Assembly (NCBI GenBank): GCA_965221605.1
Contig: CBDCSK010000014.1
Span: 26,666-90,665 of the forward strand
Direction of reading: 5' to 3'
Source of the DNA: Candidatus Aldehydirespirator sp.
GTDB lineage: Bacteria; Actinomycetota; Acidimicrobiia; Acidimicrobiales; Aldehydirespiratoraceae
Length of the DNA stretch: 64,000 nucleotides
Made by a program: the position numbers and the translations under genes. Below, piece after piece: positions 35,933 to 43,124 of this stretch. Position 1 is the stretch's first letter. Every line of letters starts with the position of its first letter. The notes below the pieces were generated by a model that was given only the letters and a program-made list of their open reading frames with translations, was not told the DNA's origin and did not search any database.

Positions 35933-36100
35933 GGTGTGTTCCTCCTTCGCGCCAGGGCACGCGTGTTGTCGGGAGACTTTGATACCCGGATTGTACATAT
36001 GTTGGCAAGTCAGGTCTGGAAGCGCTAGTTCTGTCTGCTCAACCGTGAGGCCAGCCATAGATTCTGTGCCGAATCGGACTAGCAACCTGCGCTTCCTAGA

Positions 36101-37084
36101 ATGACCAACAGCAACGGCCCGGAGCATCTCGGCGACCTCGCCTACGATCACGCCATCATGGCGGAGTTGGACGGCATCGACCGTGCCCTGATCGACGGTC
36201 TGGTGGCCGACGGCCGGGCCAGCTACGCCGCCCTCGCCCGGCGCATCGACATGTCGCAGGCCGCGGTGAAGGCTCGGGTCATACGGCTCCTCGACAGCGG
36301 CGTCATCCACATTCTCGGACGCATCGACCCCCGCGCCCTCGGCTACGGCGAGTTCGCCTACTGCCTGATCGATGTGGAAGGCCCGGTCGCGCCGGTCGCC
36401 GAGCGGCTGGCCGGGATGGACGAGGCCGCCTTCGTGCTGATCCTAGCCGGCGCCCGCGGGCTGTTCGTCGAGTTCCGGGCCAGCGACGCCCAGCATCTGG
36501 GCGATGCCATCGAGCGGGCCCGGTCCGACCCTCAGGTACGGGGCATCGACGCCTCCTCGCTGGTGGCCTACGTGAAGCAGGACTGGTCGCAATCGGGCCG
36601 CGACACCGAGACCCGCGACCACCGGCTCGGCGCCCGCCGGCGCAACGTCGACGCCACCGACATCAAGCTCCTCGAGCGGCTGGCCGCCAACGGAAGGGCC
36701 ACGTTCGCCGAGATGGCCGAGGCTGCGGGAATGTCCCACGCGGCCACCCGCGAGCGGGTGCTGGCCCTCATGGCCGCAGGCGTGGTGACCGTCCAGACCA
36801 TCGTGAGTCCCGGAGTGCTCGGCGTCAACGGCTACGCCGGTCTCATGATCGACGTCGACGGGCGGGCTGGACCAGTAGCCAACACGATCGCGGCGATAAC
36901 GGACGTAACCCTGGTCGCGCTCGTGCTCGGGCGCTTCGATGTGCTTGCCGAGGCCAGGTACCGGGACGAGGCCCACCTGGCCGAACTGCTCGACCGCGTC
37001 CGCGCCGTGGACGGCGTGCGGCAGGTCGAGGCGTTCGTGTACCTGGTGGAGGTCAAGGAGTCCATGACCGCCGGCCTCACATGA
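36101..37084 (+). CDS. Tandem (duplicated) Lrp/AsnC-family transcriptional regulator
   Basis: There are two HTH + RAM units: LDGIDRALIDGLVADGRASYAALARRIDMSQAAVKARV... and VDATDIKLLERLAANGRATFAEMAEAAGMSHAATRERV... Confidence 0.8.
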   Translation: MTNSNGPEHLGDLAYDHAIMAELDGIDRALIDGLVADGRASYAALARRIDMSQAAVKARVIRLLDSGVIHILGRIDPRALGYGEFAYCLIDVEGPVAPVAERLAGMDEAAFVLILAGARGLFVEFRASDAQHLGDAIERARSDPQVRGIDASSLVAYVKQDWSQSGRDTETRDHRLGARRRNVDATDIKLLERLAANGRATFAEMAEAAGMSHAATRERVLALMAAGVVTVQTIVSPGVLGVNGYAGLMIDVDGRAGPVANTIAAITDVTLVALVLGRFDVLAEARYRDEAHLAELLDRVRAVDGVRQVEAFVYLVEVKESMTAGLT

Positions 37085-37091
37085 CCAGCGC

Positions 37092-37934
37092 TTAGGGCAG
37101 CACGCCTCCGTCGATGGGGATCAGGGCGCCGTTGATGTAGGCGGCGGCCGGTGACGCCAGGAACACCACCAGCTGGGCCACCTCATCGGCGGTGCCCCAC
37201 CGGCCCAGCGGCACCTCCGAGACCAGCATCTCGCCGGCCTCGTCGTCCGTGACGCCGGCCAGGTCGGCGACCAGCCTGCGGTTGGCCACCGCCATCTGGG
37301 TGTCGATAGGACCGGGGCACACCCCCACGCAGCGGATCCCGTCGCGGCCGTGCTCCTTGGCGATGAGCTTGGTCATGGCAACCAGACCGAACTTGGTGAC
37401 GTTGTAGGCCCCGTACCCGGGATCGGACACCAGTCCTCCGATCGACACGTTGTTGACGATCACGCCCGGCCGGCCTCGATCATCGGGCCCAGCGCCAGCA
37501 GCGCCATCCGCCGAGAGCCCATGACGTTCACCTGCCACGACAGGTTCCACTGCTGCTCGGTCTGGTCGACGAAACGGCCCACCCCGGTAGTGGCGCCGGC
37601 GTTGTTGAACAGGATGTCGAGCGACCCCAGATCCTGGAGCGTGCGCTCGACCACCGACTCGGCCTGAGCCTGGTCGGTGACGTCCAGCGGGGCCGCGAAG
37701 CTCCTGGCTCCGTACTGGTCGCGCAGCTCCGCGGCCAGCGCCTCCAGCGCGGCCAGATCGTCGCCCCAAGCCGTGGGTGGGATCCTGGCGCAGCTCGGGC
37801 CGGTCGCGGGCCAGGTCGGTGACGACCACGTCGGCGCCGGCCTCGGCCAGCCGCCGCGCGGTCGCCTCGCCCATCCCCCCGGCTCGGCCCGCGCCGGTGA
37901 CCAGCGCCACCTGACCAGCCAGCGCTCCCGTCAC
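37092..37934 (-). pseudogene. SDR-family oxidoreductase with two compensating frameshifts
   Basis: The N-terminus (GQVALVTGAGRAGGMG) and C-terminus (GVIVNNVSIGG...YGAYNVTKFG) are in the frame of ORF 37092..37934, but its middle ~100 aa is Arg/Gly junk. The real middle (AWGDDLAALEAL...DVTDQAQAESVVERTLQDLGSLDILFNNAGATTG...MIEAGRA) is in the frame of ORF 37460..37654. Confidence 0.75.
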
Positions 37935-38761
37935 GGCGCGGCCTCGGCCTCGGAGGGATCGGATAGGTCCGCGGCCAGCCGCCCCATCACCTCATGGCTG
38001 TAGCCGAGGGGGATGCCGTCGTGACAGCCGACGAGCGAGCCGGTGAGGGTCGCGCTGGCGTCGCTGACCAAGAAGTGGAACACCGGCGCCATCTCCGATG
38101 CCTTGCGGAACACGCCGTTGGCGGTCATGCGCCTGATCAGCTCGAGGTCCGGCGCCGACTCCGCGCCCATCTCGCTCTCCACGATGCCGGGCAGCACCGC
38201 GTTGACCCGGACCTGGCGCGGTCCCAGCTCCAGGGCCCACACCCGCACCAGGTGGTCGAGGGCGGCCTTGGACGCGGCGTAGGCGGCCATGCCCGGCGCC
38301 GCCACGGAACCCGCCGGCGAACTGGTCACGATGACCGACCCGTGGTCGCGCACCATGCCTGCTCCATGACGGAGGGCCCGCACCACTCCCAGGGCGTTGA
38401 TGTCGATCACCCGCTGGAACACGTCCATGTCGAGGTCCTCGACCTCACCGTGGTACTCGTCGATGCCGGCGTTGAGGATCAGCGCGTCCAGAGCCTCGAA
38501 ACGCTCGGACACGGCCCCGAAAGCCCGCTCGACCGAGGCGTCGTCGGCCACATCCATCGTCACGAAGGAGGCTCCGATGCCGTCAGCGATCGCGCTGCCT
38601 TCGGGCCGCCGGCCACAGATCACCACCCGGGCGCCGCATTCGACCAGATGTGCCGCCACTGCCAGGCCGATCCCGGCCGTTCCACCGGTGACGATCACCC
38701 TGCGGCCGCTCACGTCGAAGACATCGGCCGTGGTCGTTCGCGCTGTGCTTGTCTCGGTCAT
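37931..38761 (-). CDS. SDR-family oxidoreductase
   Basis: VIVTGGTAGIGLA, LNAG, S...YAASKAA. Its stop overlaps the next SDR's GTG (GTGA). Confidence 0.85.
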   Translation of the reverse strand: MTETSTARTTTADVFDVSGRRVIVTGGTAGIGLAVAAHLVECGARVVICGRRPEGSAIADGIGASFVTMDVADDASVERAFGAVSERFEALDALILNAGIDEYHGEVEDLDMDVFQRVIDINALGVVRALRHGAGMVRDHGSVIVTSSPAGSVAAPGMAAYAASKAALDHLVRVWALELGPRQVRVNAVLPGIVESEMGAESAPDLELIRRMTANGVFRKASEMAPVFHFLVSDASATLTGSLVGCHDGIPLGYSHEVMGRLAADLSDPSEAEAAP

Positions 38762-38892
38762 GAGCTAACACTAGTCATTGAAACTCGCGCCGTCTGCGGG
38801 ATGCAGATATGGAATCACAGGCGTACGACGTGATACACAAGCGTTTCCTACCCTAGAGTGTCGCCGTCGGCGGCTCACAGAGGAGCAAGAGG

Positions 38893-40008
38893 ATGCGGCA
38901 GATCCTGGACCCGGCGGGAAAACTCGTGGGACCGGTCCCTGATCTCGACGACGGCCAGCTGGTCGACATGTTCCGCATGCTGCTCACCACCCGGATGGCC
39001 GACGAGAAGCTCCTCAACCTCCAGCGGCAGGGACGCATGCCGGCCTACTACCAGGTGAGCGGCCAGGAAGGCCCACGTAGGAGCGGCGCTGGCGCTGCGG
39101 GAGACGGACTGGCTCTTCACCGCATACCGCGAGCTGGGCATGTGGCTGGCCCGGGGCATGAGCCCCATCGCCGCGCTCGGGCTGTGGATGGGCGTGCCCG
39201 ACGATGACGACCTCTGGGACGTCAACCGCTACCGGGTGACCAAGCTCAACGCCACTATCGGCACCCATCTGCCCCACGCGGTGGGCTTCGGATACGCCGA
39301 GCGCCTTCGGGAGCGCGACACCGTGGCCATGGTGGTGTTCGGCGACGGCGCCACCTCGGAGTCCGACTTCCACGCAGCCATGAACTTCGCCGGAGTGTGG
39401 AAGACCCCCACGGTGTTCCTGTGCCAGAACAACCAGGTGGCCCAGTCGACCACCATCGACAAGCAGACCGCAGCGGCCACCCTGGCCGCCAAAGCCGACG
39501 GCTACGGGTTCACCGGCGTGCGCGTCGACGGCATGGACCCGCTGGCCATGTACCACACCGCCCGCGAGGCGGTAGAGCGGGCCGCAGCCGGCGACGGCCC
39601 GACCCTCATCGAGATGCTCACGTACCGGTTCGCACCCCATTCCACCTACGACGGGACCCCGGTGTACCGCACCACCGACGAGGAGGCCCGGTGGCGCGAG
39701 CAGGATCCCATCACCCGGATGAGGTCCTTCCTGGTGAACAAGGGGACTGTGGGAGGCCGACCAGGAAGACGACATGCGGGCCGGGATCTCAGCCGAGCTC
39801 GAGGCCTTCGTCGACCAGCTGGAGGGCAGGGCCGGAGTGTCGCGCGACTACTCGCCCCGGCAGCTGTTCGCCCGGGCTCCGGCCTCTCTCGCCGAGCAGT
39901 TGCACCGTGAGCAGCACGACGCCGGCGAGCCCGTCACCACGCTGGGCCCTCAGGAGGCTTGGGCGGTCGAGCCCGACCCGTCACCCACCGGCGAGACCCG
40001 CCGGCTAG
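38893..40008 (+). pseudogene. 2-oxoacid (pyruvate/branched-chain) dehydrogenase E1 alpha subunit, at least two frameshifts as sequenced
   Basis: Frame 1 reads MRQILDP...YYQVSGQEG. Frame 2 reads AHVGAALALRETDWLF...GDGATSESDFHAAMNFAGVWKTPTVFLCQNN (TPP motif)...FLVNKG. Frame 3 reads LWEADQEDDMRAGISAELE... The switches are at GG 39070-39071 (the conserved GQEA motif reads GQEG+1) and GGGG 39742-39745. The 3' end is uncertain. Confidence 0.75.
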
Positions 40009-40010
40009 AC

Positions 40011-40973
40011 ATGACCGAGGCCCTCAAGCTGACACTGCACTCGGCCTTCGAGCGGGACCGGTCGCTGGTGATCCTGGGCGAGGACGTGGGCGTGGAGGGC
40101 GGGGTGTTCCGCATCACCGAGGGAATGCTCGAGCGCTTCGGCGCGGACCGGGTGATCGACACCCCCCTGTGCGAGACCGGCATCATGGGCACCGCGGTGG
40201 GGATGGCGATGGCCGGGCTGAGGCCGATCGCCGAGATCGAGTTCGCGGGCTTCGTCTACCCCGCCTTCGACCAGCTCATCGGCCATGTGGCCCGTATCCG
40301 GTGGCGCTACCGGGGCCATCTGACCGCGCCGGTGGTGGCCCGGTTGCCGGTGGGCACCAACCTCGACAACCTCGAGTTCCACACCGACTCCCCCGAGTCG
40401 TTCCTCACCCACGCGCCCGGGCTGGTGGTGGTGTACCCCTCCAACCCCTACGACGCCAAGGGCCTGATGGAGTCGGCCCTGTGCAGCGAGGATCCGGTGG
40501 TGTTCCTGGAGCCCATCTCGCTGTACCGCGGCCTGAAGCAGGACGTCCCCGTCGAGCCCTACCGGATCGGCTTCGGGCGGGCCAGCGTGGCGCGCGACGG
40601 AACCGACGTGACGGTGGTGTCGTGGGGACCGCCGGTGCGCGAGGCGCTGAAGGCGGCTGAGGCCCTGGCCGCGGAGGGGGTGTCGGCCGAGGTGGTCGAC
40701 CTGCGGACCCTGTATCCATGGGATCGAGAGACGGTGCTGGCCAGCGTGGAGAGGACGGGACGGCTGGTGGTGGCCCATGAGGCCCACACCACCAGCGGGT
40801 TCGGGGCCGAGATCCTGGCCGCGGTCAGCGAGCTGGGCCTCTACTCGCTGGAAGCGCCGCCGGTGAGGGTGGCCCACATGGACGTGTTCTGGGGTCCCAC
40901 GCAGCTGGAGCGCTACTCCATGATCACCGCCGACCGCATCGCCGCCGGCGTACGCCGCGCCCTCGCGGGCTGA
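40011..40973 (+). CDS. 2-oxoacid dehydrogenase E1 beta subunit
   Basis: MTEALKLTLHSAFERDRSLVILGEDVG...RVIDTPLCETGIMGTAVGMAMAGLRPI... In the sequence as given, this frame is open upstream into the E1 alpha C-terminus. Confidence 0.85.
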   Translation: MTEALKLTLHSAFERDRSLVILGEDVGVEGGVFRITEGMLERFGADRVIDTPLCETGIMGTAVGMAMAGLRPIAEIEFAGFVYPAFDQLIGHVARIRWRYRGHLTAPVVARLPVGTNLDNLEFHTDSPESFLTHAPGLVVVYPSNPYDAKGLMESALCSEDPVVFLEPISLYRGLKQDVPVEPYRIGFGRASVARDGTDVTVVSWGPPVREALKAAEALAAEGVSAEVVDLRTLYPWDRETVLASVERTGRLVVAHEAHTTSGFGAEILAAVSELGLYSLEAPPVRVAHMDVFWGPTQLERYSMITADRIAAGVRRALAG

Positions 40974-40974
40974 T

Positions 40975-42150
40975 ATGGCCAGCGTCTTCAAGCTCCCTTC
41001 CGTGGGCGACACCATGGTCGAGGGCGAGATCGTGGAGTGGCTGGTAGCCGTCGGCGACACCGTGGAGCTCGACCAGCCCATCTGCTCGGTCGAGACCGAC
41101 AAGTCGGTGGTGGAGATGACCACCCCCTACCGGGGAACGGTTCTGGCACTCGGAGGTGAGCCCGGCGACGTCATCGAAGTGGGCGAGACCCTCATCGTGG
41201 TCGGCGAGCCCGGGGAGGAGGTCCCCACCGAGGACGAACCGGTCCCCACGGCCGGAGCCGCCGGTTCCGCTGGAACTCCGCCCCCGGTACCGGCCCCGGC
41301 GCCCACGCCGCCCCAACCAGCCGCTCCGGGCTCGGTCAAGGCGGTGCCGAAGGCCCGCAAGCTGGCCAGGGAGTTGGGCATCGACCTGGCCGCCGTGGCC
41401 GGTACCGGATCGGGCGGCTCCATCACCGTCGCCGACGTCGAAGCCGCAGCCGCCCTAGCCCCGGCCGCAGGTGGTAGCCGGCGCGAGCGCCTGTCGGCCA
41501 TCCGGCGCTCCATCGCCCGCCACATGACCGAATCGATGCAGATCCCGCAGTTCACGTCGATGGTGGACGTGGACGCCAGCGGTCTGCTGGAGACCCGGGC
41601 CGCCGCGTCCGCTGCGACCGGCTCACGGGTGCCCCTCGATGCCCTGCTGGCGGCCAGGCTGGTGCCGGTGCTGCGAGACCATCCCGTGATGAACGCCCGC
41701 CTCGACGGTGAGGAGATCGAGTACTTCGACCGCTACGACATCGGCGTGGCCGTCGACACCCCCGACGGGTTGGTGGTGCCGGTGGTGCGGGGCGCCGATA
41801 CCCACTCGCTGCCGGAGCTGTCAGCCGAGGTCCTGCGGCTGGCTGCCGCGGCCCGCGACCGCACCGTGGCCCCCAACGAGCTCACCGGGCCGACCGCCAC
41901 CGTCAACAACGTGGGCGCGGTCGGGCTGCTGGCCGGCACACCGATGCTGCCGGTCGGAACCAGCATGATCGCCGCATTCGGCATGGCCCGCCCGGTGGTG
42001 CGTCTGCGGGACGGCGCCGCGGTGGAGGTCCCGACCATGACGGTGTCGGCCACGTTCGACCACCGCATCATCGACGGCGGCGCCAGCGGCCGGTTCCTGG
42101 CCCAACTCAAGCAGGCGATTGAGCGGACGACCTCCACCGAAGTGAGCTGA
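40975..42150 (+). CDS. Dihydrolipoamide acyltransferase (E2)
   Basis: Lipoyl domain (SVETDKSVVEM), Pro/Ala linker, subunit-binding domain (AVPKARKLARELGIDL) and the catalytic DHRIIDG. Confidence 0.9.
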   Translation: MASVFKLPSVGDTMVEGEIVEWLVAVGDTVELDQPICSVETDKSVVEMTTPYRGTVLALGGEPGDVIEVGETLIVVGEPGEEVPTEDEPVPTAGAAGSAGTPPPVPAPAPTPPQPAAPGSVKAVPKARKLARELGIDLAAVAGTGSGGSITVADVEAAAALAPAAGGSRRERLSAIRRSIARHMTESMQIPQFTSMVDVDASGLLETRAAASAATGSRVPLDALLAARLVPVLRDHPVMNARLDGEEIEYFDRYDIGVAVDTPDGLVVPVVRGADTHSLPELSAEVLRLAAAARDRTVAPNELTGPTATVNNVGAVGLLAGTPMLPVGTSMIAAFGMARPVVRLRDGAAVEVPTMTVSATFDHRIIDGGASGRFLAQLKQAIERTTSTEVS

Positions 42151-42298
42151 TCGCCGAACCCGGAATCGGGACCACCACGGTGTGCACCCAGAAGGCTCCG
42201 GGACTCTCAGGGCAAAGTAAGGGAAATCCCCGGTTGGGGAGGGTCGGGCCGGTCGTAGAGTCCCGCCTGAGCCTTCCCGCCAGCGCTTAGGAGAACCT

Positions 42299-43048
42299 GT
42301 GACTTCCTCCCCCACCCAGGCCGTGGCCACCGCCGCCCGGGCCGTGGCCGCCTCCAAGATCTACGGCTCCGGCGACACCGAGGTGCGGGCCCTCGACGCC
42401 ATCGACGTGGGCTTCGAGCAGGGCCGCTTCACCGCCATCATGGGACCCTCGGGATCCGGCAAGTCCACCCTGATGCACTGCATGGCCGGGCTCGACAGCG
42501 TCACCTCCGGCCAGGTGATCATCGGCGACACCGACCTCACCACGCTGTCGGAGAAGGACCTCACGCTGCTGCGCCGAGACAACGTGGGCTTCGTGTTCCA
42601 GGCCTACAACCTGGTGCCCACCCTCACCGCCATCGAGAACATCACCCTGCCGATGGACCTCGCCGGCTCCAAGGGTGACACCGCCTGGGTCGACGAGGTG
42701 GTGGGCGCCACCGGGCTCGCCGACCGCACCAAGCACCGCCCCAACGAGCTGTCGGGAGGCCAGCAGCAGCGGGTGGCGGTGGCCCGGGCCCTGGCCGGCA
42801 GGCCCCAGATCATCTTCGCCGACGAGCCCACCGGCAACGTCGACTCCAACACCGCGGCCGAGATCCTCGGCTTCATGCGCAGCGCGGTCGACCAGATGGG
42901 CCAGACCATCGTGATGGTCACCCACGACCCGGTGGCCGCCTCCTACGCCGACCGGGTCGTGTTCCTGGTGGACGGCAAGATCGTGGACGAACTGGAGGAT
43001 CCCACACCCCAGGGCATCCGGGACCACATGACCCGGCTCGGCGCCTAG
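42299..43048 (+). CDS. MacB/LolD-type ABC transporter ATP-binding protein
   Basis: GPSGSGKSTL, LSGGQQQRVAVARAL, FADEPTGNVD. GTG start. Confidence 0.9.
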   Translation: MTSSPTQAVATAARAVAASKIYGSGDTEVRALDAIDVGFEQGRFTAIMGPSGSGKSTLMHCMAGLDSVTSGQVIIGDTDLTTLSEKDLTLLRRDNVGFVFQAYNLVPTLTAIENITLPMDLAGSKGDTAWVDEVVGATGLADRTKHRPNELSGGQQQRVAVARALAGRPQIIFADEPTGNVDSNTAAEILGFMRSAVDQMGQTIVMVTHDPVAASYADRVVFLVDGKIVDELEDPTPQGIRDHMTRLGA

Positions 43049-43051
43049 CCG

Positions 43052-43075
43052 CCCCCCCCCCCCCCCCCCCCCCCC
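43052..43075 (+). repeat. Perfect C24 homopolymer in the ATPase-permease intergenic spacer
   Basis: I counted 24 consecutive C directly. This is cross-checked by the antisense ORF translations: a run of 7 Gly codons plus flanking partial codons accounts for exactly 24 G. Confidence 0.95.
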
Positions 43076-43124
43076 GGCCCGCCACCCGGCCCCACCCTCC
43101 AACACTCCCGAAGAGGATCCCGAC

